Shown here: one piece after another, positions 1 to 12,586 of the stretch | Layout of the letters: every line of letters begins with the position of its first letter | Position numbering within the stretch: position 1 is the stretch's first letter | DNA from: Ramazzottius varieornatus | Lineage: Eukaryota > Animalia > Tardigrada | Length of the DNA: 64,000 nucleotides | Reading direction: 5' to 3' | Assembly (NCBI GenBank): GCA_001949185.1 | Contig: BDGG01000001.1 | Span: 6,609,591 to 6,673,590 of the forward strand | The notes under the pieces: model-generated | Database searches by the model: none | What the model saw: the letters and a program-made list of their open reading frames with translations, nothing else | What the model was told of the DNA's origin: nothing | Program-made: the position numbers and the translations under genes

Positions 1-618
1 GCAAACTCGACGAGCCTGCTGGTTACCTGTATGTTGACGAGTTTATAACCCGCGACGTCGCACCGGAAGACGCCAAGAATATCAGCGCCAAACTAGAAAC
101 CTTGTACGAAATACGATTGATACTCGGACGAAAGTCTCTGCCCCTCCTTTGTTGAATGTCATATGAATGATGTTTTTCCTTGCAGCCTGTCAGCCTGCAG
201 CAATATGTTGGAGCACACAAAGGCCGAATCTCTGCGGCTGGATGAAGCGAAGAAGCTGAACGCGCAGCAGAAATCCGAGATTGCTTCGAAGGTACCTCAT
301 CCAGAAACTATCCATCTGGGAAGTAGTGATGTCGTCTCGTTTCTTTCGCTCCTGTAGGTTGAGGCCGTGAAAGTGCAGTTAAGTGACGATCTCAGTTTCA
401 ATGCGGGCAACTACGGTATGGGACACGACATGATGGGCCACAGCAAGATGGATTCCGGCAGTTCTCCCAAGATGGTCAAGACACGCTCCAAAAGGTATCG
501 TTTACGCTCGATACGACCGTTTCGCTGCGTGTTTTTTCTGCGTAGGGAACAGCGATGGATGGATGATTTATTCAGCCTAATATCGAAGATTACGAAACTG
601 CCACTTATAGCCTGCTAA
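1..618 (+). CDS. COPS7: 3' part of a COP9 signalosome subunit 7-like (PCI domain) gene; exons ~1-103, 186-291, 358-494, 546-618
   Basis: Spliced translation KLDEPAGYLYVDEFITRDVAPEDAKNISAKLETFLSACSNMLEHTKAESLRLDEAKKLNAQQKSEIASKVEAVK resembles the CSN7 PCI end (GxLDQ..LEVD..IGRD) plus C-terminal helices. GT-AG introns preserve the frame. Confidence 0.6.
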
Positions 619-1225
619 GAACCGCCCCAACGGGCGATTTTGTCATCATTGCGCAACTTTTACCCCTACTAAACAGAAGACATGATGTTCGAACAACATT
701 GGGAGCGGTAATTTTCCATAGAAGAAATATTGATCGAGTGATTGTCGTTCCTAAGTTGGCTGCACTTAATGTTGCGAAGCCGTTCTGTGTTTTGTTTAAT
801 TCACTGAGTAAATCACCCGTCCATCGCTGGCAGGGAAGGAGACGAAAGTGTTGTGGTTTACTTTTTAGTTCGAAATCAGGAGGACAAGCGCAGAAGATGA
901 ATCGTGTGTGAGCCAATGGACTGCAGTTCCAGAGATGTTTACACAAGGACGCAGTTGACATTATGGATGAGATTTTCTTTCTTTGAAAAATATGAAGTAG
1001 AAGTTAATAAGCGATTGCGCGGAATAGTTACGTGAAGTACTTACTGACCTTGAGACGACTTGCGTTATTTGCGGCAAAGTTTTGCGCGTTTAGTGGGACA
1101 ACGGCTGGGTGATGGATCGTTTTAGTCCCTTTGTACAGTACTGTATAAAGTCGACGCGGAAGTAAAGCGCAAGTTTTTGAAGTTTTCGCTTTTCGCCAGT
1201 CTTCCTTGTTGATGTGGCCTGTGGA

Positions 1226-1844
1226 TAGTGCTGGCAACGATACGGTATACCGATATCGTATCGAAATATATCGAATCTTTGCGATAAAATATGCGGCAGA
1301 TATCGTATCGAAAATATCGATATGAAACTCGTATCGAATAATGCAATAAAATATTCGGCGATATCGTATCGCGCCATATCGATATATTTTCGATATATCG
1401 ATATTTTGCTGAATGGCAAACTCGCCAGTGATATCTCGTTTACGGAAGACCATGGTTGATTCCAAAACTTGATTTTGGCCATGGTGTACCGAGCACACTC
1501 CGCCCATTCGGTTCTGGTACTAATTCTGTCCAGGTTTCCATGTGCTTGAAGTCTTGGTATAGTCATGTCTTTGCTGAATCCGACACTTTTGATCTTACTA
1601 ATACTTTATGTAGAAATCGACTTCTTGAGTTTTTGGGCTTGAACCAGTGGAATTCCGAAAAACTAAAAGTCCAGAAATACCGATTTATCGCTGCGATATG
1701 ATCCGATATATCGAAGATACGGTATCGGAAAATATCGTATCGAAATATCGATATCGAATGAATATCGAAGACCGCGATAAAACATCCGCCGATATTGTAT
1801 CGAAAAATATCGTATCGAATTTTATCGTATTATTGCCAGCACTA
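1226..1844. mobile_element. hAT-type MITE
   Basis: TIRs TAGTGCTGGCAA...TTGCCAGCACTA; exact 8-bp TSD CCTGTGGA (1218-1225 and 1845-1852); dense subterminal CGATAT/ATATCG repeats at both ends. Confidence 0.92.
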
Positions 1845-1868
1845 CCTGTGGAGTCAGCTGAACTTCTA

Positions 1869-2074
1869 CTGTATTCCCTCGAAAGTTCTGCGAATCACGT
1901 GACTGGCGCGGTAAATATTATCCGGCGGGGAACAGAAAGTATCTATACCTTCAATCAAAGACTGCTTCCCAGTCAAGTGTAACGATGGGCGACAATCGAA
2001 CAATCATCGATACTAGTGCGGGTGTAATTTACTGGCATGATGACGTAATTCGCAGAACTATCGAGGGAATACAG
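1869..2074. mobile_element. Tc1/mariner-type MITE, family A, copy 1
   Basis: TIRs CTGTATTCCCTCGA(A/T)AGTTCTGCGAAT, TA flanks; close second copy at 50972-51177. Confidence 0.9.
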
Positions 2075-2076
2075 TA

Positions 2077-4609
2077 CGAGGGAGGGGTCATTGAGTTAGC
2101 CATAAGAACCTTCGGTTGTTGAGTTTGCCGCCTGTTTTCGCCCGTTCTATCTGACATATTCTAACACATGTTTGGATGATTTGACAGAGAAAATGATGGG
2201 CTGTCGAATGGTACTTCTTGCGATGGGCTTAGGTTCCCAATGCATGCACAAGATCCACAGTTCGGCAAACTGTCAAACCCCATGGTAGAGAGCCTGAAGC
2301 AGAAATGAAACTAAGGCCACTAGAGGCGCTGCCGACGCGGTTTTCAATGCCAATAAAAATTATTTTTTTCACTGCGAGGCCAAATTTCCTACAGCAGTTT
2401 TGTTATCAACTCTGTCGGAATAAACATGGCGTCTCTCAAGTTGAAGACTGCACTAGAGGTCCATGCGTAGTTAACGATGCAAGCAGCGGTTCATGCGGTG
2501 AGACAAATGGGATGGGGGATACGGGAAACTGCGGAGGCGTACGGAGTAAACCGGCAGACGCTGGACAATCGGTTGGATGGTCGACACACCGGAAGTTATG
2601 GAAAACACCCAATATCCTCCCCACGAAGAAAATGCCCTGGAAGACTTACTGTTGAGCTGTACAGATACCGGGATCCCCTTTAACCGACAACACTGTGCAG
2701 CAGCAATCACTGAGATGAATAATCGACTTGGTAAGCTGATTTATCTCAATTTTAAGGTAATGTTTAAATTCCGGGCAGCTCTTATGGATTTCCTGTTTTT
2801 CCAGGCCTCCATCCACACAGCGCTCAACGATTAGCACTTTCGAAGATTCCTGAAGCGCCATCCACAACTATCGTTACGAATAACCCATGCCAATAGGCGA
2901 AAGAAGGAACGAGAGTGGACGCACGAGCTGGCGGACAGGTACATCGCTAAATTGACGGAGCTTCATAACGGAGGATTCCTCGACGAGCCAGATCAAGTTT
3001 GGAACTTGGAAGAATCTGCGTTCAACACGGCCAAAATGTTCGACAGAGTCGGTGGAAGGAAAGGAATGAGGCAAGTTTACTCCCAGTACGACTGAACAGA
3101 GAAAGAATTGGTGACTATCCTACCTTGTGGCGACGCGGCTGGACTCCAGCTTCCTTTTATGGCGCTGTTCTCCGGAAAACGTCACGTTCGATCTTGTCTG
3201 GATGGCACAGGTGGACACTGCTACCAGGGTGTGAATGATTCCGGCACTATGGATCAAATGCATTTCGCAAGCTATATCAAGATGATCGTATTTCCGGCAG
3301 TCACCAAAATGGAGGTGAGAAATCTAATAATACATGAGTTGTGCAGTACATCGTTACGCAGTTGTTTTTTGGGCTTGCTGGAATGCATTAGTTTTGACGT
3401 ATGACGTCATGCTCATTATAATTTTAGAATGGGATTTTCGTTGATCGACACTTCTCCCATATCAACAACTTCACTCTGACGAAATACATCAAGGAGTTCG
3501 AGGCGGAAACCGGAAAGATCGTGTACGTCTTTGCCCTACCTGCTGGCCAAACCAATCATCTGCAGCCTTTTGATGTCTCCGTCTTTGGGCAAGTTAAAAG
3601 AGCATGGGGAGATTTTTTGAGGCATCGCCGTGTTGTTATTGGAGGACTGGTGAAACTTTGGTCCTTTAAATTTCTGTGGAATCCACCTAAGTAATGTTCC
3701 GTTCTGTAAAATTTAGGCCACCAAGGATAACCTGCTCTCTCATCTCGTCAAACTGTGATTTCGCACTGATGAGTGCTCGCCGCAGCGCTTATTCAGCCCT
3801 GGGCGGAATCTTACCTCTGGATTCCAGAAATCGGGCCTCTTTCCTTTCAATCCTGAGGTTATTCGTGCGACTGTGAAGACTCGACATTGTCCTACCCCTC
3901 TCGATGAGACAGCGGACTCCACTCCGAAAGACTATTGCTCCAGCTTTGACCGTTTGGCTGACGTTTTGATATCTGAATTTGACATCGCCGGCCAAAAAGA
4001 TCAAGACGACTTCAAAGAATTCAGCAGGCTCAAACAGCGACGTGTAACTCCAGGCGCTGTTTGAGCCTGCCAAGCCAGAATTCGACAAGCATGCCAAGCC
4101 AGAATTCGACACGCTCCAGCTGCTATTCCCAAACCTCCAAAAATCGCTCCGGGCAGAAAGGCCCGTTCGGTGAAGCGAAAAGCGTCAGACAAGGAACCAG
4201 ACCCGAACCCAAGTGAAGTCTTAAACAGCGCTCCACTCAAAAGCACACGTGCCGTAAAGAAACAGAAAACGACTAAAGCTTCTAGCTAGAATATTCATGC
4301 AGGTTCCGCTGTTTTATCTAGTAGCTTACCTGAGTGTTCTGTGGATAATATCTGGTGTCAAACGAAGTGTTTTTATAGGACGATGATGTACGGGTTTCGG
4401 TTCTGCGATGGGCAGTCCGGTCAAGAAAATATTCATTCGGCTCTCGAAAGTATCAGCCTTTATAACAGCGGTACGCGCCTCGTACGGCAGTTTAGAAGAG
4501 CGGTATTGATTCTTTGGCTATTGCCCTGACTGTGCGCCACCACATACCGCAGCGGTGGCTAACTCAACAACCGCAAGTCGTTATGGCTAACTCAATAACC
4601 TCTCCCTCG
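2077..4609 (+). mobile_element. pogo-family DNA transposon (degenerate)
   Basis: TIRs CGAGGGAGGGGTCATTGAGTTAGCCATAA / TTATGGCTAACTCAATAACCTCTCCCTCG, TA TSD; internal transposase remnants. Confidence 0.9.
2426..4286 (+). pseudogene. pogo transposase pseudogene (psq-type HTH, CENP-B-type HTH, DDE_1 domain) with 3 predicted introns
   Basis: MQAAVHAVRQMGWGIRETAEAYGVNRQTLDNRL (HTH), RFLKRHPQLSLR, WNLEESAF, VTILPCGDAAG, FVDRHFSH, LPAGQTNHLQPFDVSVFGQVK, SGFQKSGLFPFNP; in-frame stops and frameshifts; introns ~2731-2804, 3315-3427, 3650-3716. Confidence 0.85.
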
Positions 4610-4715
4610 TACATTTGATACTGCAATGAAGAAAGCTCTTGCCTTCTCGTGGTCACGGGGGGTAATACATCAAACAGTGGCCCGCTGCACCACGTGACCA
4701 GGAGAAGGCATTAAC

Positions 4716-4955
4716 TGAGCAGTGGGCAGAGTAACTTAGGTGTTACGTGGTTTGAATAGCGATTGCGGAGAAACTGCGGACAAGCTCAGGGTCAGCTAGT
4801 TTGACATCAACACGCTTTTCTCATTGGTGCACTCGCTCGGAAAGTTACTAAATGAAGCAACCATGACGTCAGATGGCCAAACTTGAGCTCGTCCGCAATT
4901 TCTCAGCAAGCAGTATTAAACCACGCGACACCTGAGTTACTCTGCCCACTGCTCA
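4716..4955. mobile_element. MITE-like inverted repeat (~75-bp arms)
   Basis: TGAGCAGTGGGCAGAGTAACTTAGGTG... is matched in reverse complement by ...CACCTGAGTTACTCTGCCCACTGCTCA. Confidence 0.7.
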
Positions 4956-5863
4956 ACTTTCTTCACTGTAGTACTGCTGCGTGGGTGATGGGCGTGACAG
5001 CAGCTCGTAGGCACCTGGGTCCTGCCCATGGTAGACATGATACCCAAGGGACTCTGAATCGCAAACTCGTTAGAGGAAGCTCGAGCTCTAGACAGCACGA
5101 TCCTTCATTCAGGATAATTCCCCGATTTTTTCTGATTTTTTTTGACGAATTTTTCCAAGTTTCTGATGAGTCATGAGTCGTGATTCCGGATTTGATCAAT
5201 CAACTCTGTACTAATCATTCGAAGATGTTGGCTTATTGATTAATAAGGAATTGATAACCCTGTTGATAGTACCACTTCACGGCACTGCACGATCAACAGG
5301 GTATAATAATGCACTATCCCTGTACGTACCGCAGATGACTAATGGTAGAGACCACTTTCGGTGCCAAGAAATTTCTCCTTGTCCTTGACGCTACAAATTT
5401 GGCGGTTTATTTACCGTGGGTTCGTTAATCATACTTTATACTTGCAGGCACATTCCGAAGTATTTCCTGTACTTCCTCACTGACGTGCCGCTGCCACGAA
5501 CTGCGCCAGATGCCACCTTTAGTTCTGCGTCTTTTACAAACCGTTTTGCTGTACCACTGAAGAAAGACCTGAGCTCGAGTGGGATACTACTGTATCTTAC
5601 CAAACGAAATACGTGTGTAATTAACATCAATTACCTGCTTCCGTATCCAACTTTTCATCATATATGACTGGCTCGGGACAGTCGAATCTGTGCTAACAGT
5701 TGAGAAAATGACTGGTAAAACTGTTGTGATGTCCATCGATGCAAAACCCAGTCCCGAGGAAGAAAGATACATTCCATACCCGGATTGAATATCAACAGTT
5801 CTTTTACCGACAGTCGATTCATATAGTGACCACGATTGATCACCCCTGTCCTTCGTGACCTTC

Positions 5864-5998
5864 ATCAACGGTCAGCTGTCAATCAGTCGAGCATGAATGT
5901 GCAGTATCACACACGGTTAGCCCAGCGTGTCATTAATTACCCGATTTTATACTCATGGCGCAGATCTGTTCGACTGATTGACAGCTGACCGTTGATTG
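5864..5998. repeat. Short hairpin/MITE (~30-bp arms)
   Basis: TCAACGGTCAGCTGTCAATCAGTCGA...TCGACTGATTGACAGCTGACCGTTGA. Confidence 0.75.
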
Positions 5999-6435
5999 GC
6001 CGGTCTGGCGCGTGCTCACTACCCGGGACGGATTCACGCGTACGACTGTGTGGAGGATCGTACATACTGAGGATCAGAGATCCTATTAGTTGATCCTCCC
6101 CTGTACCGGAATGATTGAAAGCTGATCTTAACTTTCTTAAACGGCCACGTTGACCCGTCTCGCGAACTAAGAAGTATGGCCGTAAAAGAATCCATAAAGA
6201 ATGTTCGATGGGTTGGCCAGGAGGCTAAAAGCACCACCCATCGGTAGATGAAACAGAGCTTAAGGTCGTTGGCCGTCCTCCGCGTGGTAACGTCGTGCCA
6301 GGGATCTTCCTCATCTGCGATTTGATCCGGCAATGCCGGCTTGTGAAACCTGAACAAGACGCTGGTCACAGACATTGGAAACTTTCCGGTTGGACAGCAG
6401 TACTGGACAATGGGACTGGACAAACTTTTTTCAAA

Positions 6436-7035
6436 CCGCGTAAAAACACCACCGAAGCACGAAAACATTTTTTTATATTCTTCAAATGAAGCGAAGGGGA
6501 CACAGCATTGACAGCAAGCGACGGAAACACTCAGAAAGCGCAGTCCATTTGAATTTGAACAATTTATAAAGTTAAATCTAACAAATTTATAATATCATAA
6601 CACTTGTGGTGATCCGAAGAAATTCTAATGAAATGAATCAAAATGTCTACGAACCCGATGCAGCTTCCAGTTTGGAAAATTTGAGACATAATCTGCGCCA
6701 TAGGCCGGCAAACGAAACGTGAAAATCACCCTCTTGAGCAGCGCACGGGTCCATTGTTTGTGACTGAAAGCGTGCATCACTTGGCACAGCGGCTTTGTAC
6801 GTCTTGTTTACCGGCCTTTCGAAAACTATCAAAGCTGTATCGAGTTCGTAGACGATCTGATTTATCTTATTAGGATTTCAGTGGATCATTACAAGTATTT
6901 AGTTTTATAAATTACTCAAATTTAATCATCTGCGCTTTCTGAATTTCCATCGTTTGCTGTCACTGCTGTGTCCCTTCGCTTCATTTTGAGAATATAGAAA
7001 AATGTTTTCGTGCTTCGGTTGCGTTGTTACGCGGG
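6436..7035. mobile_element. Foldback-like ~600-bp palindromic element
   Basis: Arms of ~240 bp are imperfect reverse complements (CCGCGTAA...CCGAAGCACGAAAACATTTT...GAAGCGAAGGGACACAGCA vs TGCTGTGTCCCTTCGCTTC...AAAATGTTTTCGTGCTTCGG...TTACGCGG); no clear TSD. Confidence 0.8.
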
Positions 7036-8039
7036 ACCCTGAACGAGCTGGCAGGCTGTTGTCAGAGTCGTCTCCGACGATGGAACTGACGCGGGAAGTA
7101 AGCTGCATCTCGTCACCGACTTCTCCATAGCCATAGATCTCGACATCAGGTCACTGAAAATTCTTCTAGTTTATTTTGAAACAAACATTTTTCAAAAGAC
7201 AAAATCGGAAAATTACGAGACGAAATTTTAAAACCACTGTTAAAAAACGGTGCAGGAGCTCGCCACTTCGCGCCATTAATCCTGGGCCTCGTGGCCTCCA
7301 CCACCCCGTGCACAGTGGTCTCCGACGCCAGGCTAGTTTCCGGCGGGTTCCCCACGATTTCTTTGGTCCTCTAACGAGTCTTCCGGGATCGCTAGTTGCA
7401 GAGTCCCATCAGCATCTGCCACTAGCGTCGGTTGCACCGCAGGAGGTCGTCGTTGTTGGGCAGCAGCCCGAGGATCGGCAGCGACATCTTCGGTCTCCAC
7501 ACCGCCTTCGTTCTGCTCGTTGCCCGCATCTCCTAGCGCCTCTTCGGCTAGATAAGCCGCCTCGCCTTCCGGGTGCAGGGCAAAGGGCCACGGGGGAGCG
7601 ACGAGGTCCTCGACGGTGATGTTGAGGCGACCCAGAAGCGCGGAAATCAAGGCGTCCTGGCAATGAGCAGCTCAAAAAGAAACATATCCAAAAATGGGAC
7701 CATATGGTTCGTGACATCAAAAAAAATATAGTCAGCCATTTAAGGTGTTGGATTTTCTGTATGCCGACATTTACGAGCACGACAAGACGGGCCGGATGCG
7801 CCTGCGAACCATCCAGAATGAGTCGCACCCAGCTCGCTATCTCGCGGTGATGTCCAAGGCCAAGAAAACATTAGCGACGCCGATCCACCCACCTCTACAG
7901 CCACGTCACATTCCAGCTGGGCATCTGCGCCTTCCGAGCATATGCCAGATGCCAAGAGGCAACCTGATTTTCATTCAAAACGTTAACATAACTTACAGGC
8001 CTGCAGAGTGGCGTATTGCCGCTCCAAAGTGGCAATACG

Positions 8040-8309
8040 CTGGCTTTCGGAAGGCTCTTCTCCATTGCTCTGCGACGAGGAAGCATGGTACCCAGGAAGA
8101 CCGAACGGACGACAGTTAGGCTCCATAGTCGACATAATGGGAAATGTTCCTGGTGAGATTCCTGATGGAAATTCTATCCGGTGCGTCTTCCAGCTTCCCC
8201 AACAGAAAAAAGGACTAGTAGGACGGGTAGCTCAGTCCACCTAAGCCTGACAAAGGCTTCTTGCGTGAGGCTACAACGTTTTCCCTTCGAGAAAGTTCGT
8301 AGCTGAAGC
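8040..8309 (-). pseudogene. Decayed duplicate of the KAT8 terminal exon
   Basis: After an intact TTTGCAG acceptor it reads [51 protein letters not shown]; the real exon reads [52 protein letters not shown]. Confidence 0.85.
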
Positions 8310-8723
8310 CTGCAAAGAAAATGGAATGCGACTTGAACTACAGACTGACTGCAGTGTTCGACTTCTGCAGTGAAGATCTGGTAAACAGAATACCAGCAGG
8401 TCTGATCCGGCTTCAACTTATTCTACATCTCTGCAGTTCATTTACTTCGAACGCCCTACGAACAGTGGTCTTTCCAGTCTTCACAAAGACAAGTGAATTA
8501 GGATTGAGATCATTCAAGAGGTCATACGTACTGATTAGACGATTAGCTGTGATTTATCAGTAACCTGTATACAGTTCCGCGACATGTAACCATTTCAGGG
8601 TGCACATTAGACATCCATCACGTTCTTCCGCAGTTCAAATCGAAACCCGAACTGAAAAAGGGAATTTCTCGTTAAACAACAAAACATTGGACTCAACGCA
8701 GTGATACAGAATAGAAACGCTGT

Positions 8724-10811
8724 CTAATCATCAGGCTCAGAATCCGAAGTAAACTCATCATCGTCATCGTTCTCCATGTCATCTTCATCCACAGCCATCT
8801 CCGAACCCACATCCGACTCTTCGTCCATATCCACCTCATCGTCATTCAGTTCCTTCTTCGCCACTTCCGGCTTACTCGGTCCGGCATTCCCCATCTCAAT
8901 ATCGGGTTCCGGTTGAGCTTCCACGACATCACCGACGAGGACTACCTCCTTTGGCAGCAGTATGGGCTTCTGGGCACCGCCATTCCTGCTGCGGTTGACG
9001 GCTGGTCGAACAGGCTTTGGCGGAGGTCTCCACTCGGCTATAACGCATTCATGGTCCACCAGGAGCTTCGGCCGTTGGAACTCTGCGGCCAGCAGGCATT
9101 CTTGGACGATCCTCGGGTTCACGCAGAGCACATGATGTCCTTTCCAATACTTACACAAATTTAGGCTTTGCAGTGTGTCAATTATGTCGTTTTCATGGAT
9201 GTGGCTGATGGCGCTTAGATCTTTGATGGAAATGCCAGCCGTTGCATCTTTCAGCTTCTCGAGAAGGATCCATGACCAGTACGATCTGTAGCTCAGCTTG
9301 CCAAGGTCTGACAGAGGCTTCTCGGGTGATCCCACGACGTTCTCTCTCCGAGAAAGTTCGTAGCTGAAACCTGCAACAGAGAAATATCGATGAAACACCA
9401 AATCAGTCAACCCAATCAAGCCGATTTAATCAACTCGATACACCGGTTGCAATGCATGACGTCAAAGCATGTGTTTTCTACGGTTACGAGCGTTACGGCA
9501 CACCACGACGCGCATCAGACACATGACGTCACAGGAGGTAACATAATATGACACAGTGCCTTACATACACATGACATAACATACCAATCAGAAATTTCCC
9601 GTAGCCTTTCCGTTGGTATGGCGGAAGTGTCATGATACAAGCCAGATTGTTCCCTTCCAGCGAATCTTTCTCTTTGGAGAAGTATCCCACGACGTGTGTG
9701 CCATCTTCGTCGTGCTCTGTCAGGATGTAGAACATAAAAGACTCCACGTCGAAGTAGAGCGTCTTGTGGTCCAGAAACAGTTTAGCAAGAAGACACAGGC
9801 ACTGGCAGTAGATCTTGGCTTCCTTCCCGTCAACCTCATACACGGAGACGTTGTCTTTCTGGTATATTTGCCTGCCAGGAGGGCCTTTCAGTGGACAAAC
9901 GTGCTTGTCATAGGTCTTCTTGTACTTCATGTATTTCATGCAAAATTCACAGACGTAGAGGATTTCTTGTTTGCCGTACTCGCCTGGATAGGGAGAGAAG
10001 TACCAGGTGTCGATGTCGTATCGCCCGAAAATTACCCGGTCGATGTATTTAACCTTGGTCCTTTCCTCGTGAAGCTTTTCTAACTTGGCCTGAAAAGAAA
10101 AGGACGGGCAAAGATAAAAGAACCCCGTAAACTCAATCATAAACAAGAAAAATGAAAAACGCTACACCACCCCAGGACAGTGCGCGAATAACGTCCTTAA
10201 AACAAGCAGTATCAAGGTCGTAACGGAACGAGCACTGCTGACCTCACACACGACAGCACGCCGCTTGATCGGGGTTTTGTAGATCTTACCTGTGAAGGCG
10301 CCAGTTCTGCCACACTGGGCTGAATATGGTTAATTTCGTCATGCTTCCTTCTTGCGCTTCGTGTGACTTTCGACACCTTCAGTTCCGAAGGGTTTGGAAT
10401 AGTCGATATGTTACTCGAAGAGGCGAGTGCGCGAACTGGTTCAGGCAACGGTGGTCGATCTGCCTCCTCGCAAACGATCCTATCCAGCCCAACCCATTCG
10501 TCCAACCGTCGATCTTGTCCGTCCAGATGGACGAAATACTCCGTCGCTCTTGTTCGTACACTAATCCTGGAATCCAGAACGATAGCGACGGCTGTGGTGA
10601 CGCCATCACGTAGCAGAATCTTGTATTTCTTGTCTCTTTGGGGCTCTCTCGTCCGAGAACGTAGATTCAGACCAGATGATGACAGAATGAAGGGAACTTC
10701 GTGAGATGGCTCATCCTTTGTTCGATTCTCCGTGTCAGGAAGGCTTGAACTGGCTTCGGTATAGTCTTGGGGGACAGCTCCATCCAGCGATTCCAGTCCA
10801 TCTTCCACCAT
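8724..10811 (-). CDS. KAT8: MYST histone acetyltransferase KAT8/MOF; exons 10811-10290, 10089-9585, 9370-8724
   Basis: Chromo-barrel ([17 protein letters not shown]), MYST zinc finger (CEFC..H..C), [52 protein letters not shown]; canonical splice sites; acidic tail. Confidence 0.93.
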
Positions 10812-11315
10812 TTTCTGGATAACCACGGCAGATCGTTCAATCAATCAGTGGCACATCCTCCTGTCAAATTAAACTCGACGGGTATATCATCCAGCGGATC
10901 GATTAGAGGCAGCGAATCACTTCCACCATCCCTCCCAGCATCTCATAAAACAGCAACCCGTGAATGTTTAGGGAAACAGATATCACGACGTCCAGAACTC
11001 TCAATTTTCGGAATCTCAGGCTCACGGGATGCGGACTGTCCGAATGTGGATTGTGGAACGAAAATTCGAGATTCTGACGAAATGAAAACATCGACGATCG
11101 ACTGCGTGCTGACTTGACTTAACTGGCAGAAAGTAACCACTAGATTGATTGACAACCGGGTGAGCCTTGATTGGCCGTATCGAAACCACAACAAAGAAAA
11201 CGTCGAAAAAGTCTGTTCATTATTTATTTTGCTCATTCCTTCGCTTACTGCTCCTGCGTCTTGCGAGAAGAAGCGTGTGAAGGGGTCTTTCACACTCCGA
11301 TAGAAAGGTCTCAGG

Positions 11316-12165
11316 ATGAAGAAACGTTTGGACATTGAGAAGATCGCAATTTCCGGTGGCAAAGTTCTGTTGAGTTCCACCGCTCTCCTGCCTGGTCTCG
11401 TTGGATATGGCAAGTTGACGATGGACATCGTTCAAAATCCACAAGACACCACGCTCTACCTGACAGCAGCTGTCTTCTTGCTGGACCTCTGTACCTTCCG
11501 ATACCTGTACCTGGATGACTTACAACCTCGCAAAACCCAAGCGCTGTTCCGCACGCCTGGATGGAACTTCCCCACAGCAGCCTTGTTCATGCTCGCATCC
11601 GTCCTCCTTTTCTTCGTGGGCATAATCTTATTCGGAGCGCCCATTCTGGAGTAAGTTGCAAGCCACAACAATCTACCAGACTGACGTGCAAATTTTTCTT
11701 CTTTTTTGCAGTTCGTCGATGGAGACGCTGACGTTAGCCATGCTTCTGGCTACCACCGCATTTCTCCCCTTCTGTTACGTGTATGCCCAACCTGTAGACG
11801 AGCTTCTCAAGGTACTCCAGACTGAGAAGTTAGATCTCTCCATGGAGAAGGCTCCACTTTTCCCAGGAATGTTGGCTGTAGTCGGCGCTTGGTGCGGCGC
11901 TGTAGTCATACCGCTGGACTGGGATCGTCCTTGGCAGGTGAATATCCAGTTCCCTACACGCAGTCAGTTTAATATCCCTTGACAGGCACGGGAGGTTTCA
12001 TCAATGTTTCTGCTTCAGGCGTGGCCGATACCTTGCTGTTACGGAGCCTTCGCTGGATACGCAGTGGGACATCTCTTGTTCATTTCCGCCTCGATAACGA
12101 GGAGCTTGCCCAGAAGGTATTCCGCTGTTCGACATCAACAAAGTGCAACTTCCAAGGCAGAATAA
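11316..12165 (+). CDS. PIGF: GPI-anchor biosynthesis protein PIG-F; exons 11316-11650, 11712-11937, 12019-12165
   Basis: Multi-TM protein with ILFGAP, GAWCGAVVIPLDWDRPWQ|AWPIPC..GAFAGYAVG, characteristic of PIG-F/Gpi11. Confidence 0.93.
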
Positions 12166-12586
12166 GGCAGTTTCTCCGTACCGTTTCGGCTCTGTTTCTC
12201 CCAGCCTGCTGTGGCGAAAGTCAGCCTGTCTTGTGATCTTGTTGTTGAAATTATTTGTCAGGTATCCGACATATCCGAACTCCGACTCGATTTTAATTCT
12301 GGAACCTAATCTTAGACATGTTTTTGTAAAAGGTAACAGTAAAGAGGAGATTCCACTCAACATAAAATGAAGCAAAAGGAGGCAGGAGAGGTGAAGCACA
12401 GTGGGAAGATAATGTAAGCAGTACTTTTGGCCCGCAAAATCAATTCAAGAACAGTACCGTGAATAGTGATGTCTTTCTGTAAATACTCTGCTCGCTCCCG
12501 ACTGCGTCAATCGGAAAGCTTACTACAGCACCACGAGGGACCAACCACAAGGAAACATAGAGAAAATCTATACTGCAAATCTATCG

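Noticed and set aside
1028-1982. Overlapping I/R/Y/D-rich ORFs
   Set aside because: They are translations of the CGATAT subterminal repeats of the hAT MITE.
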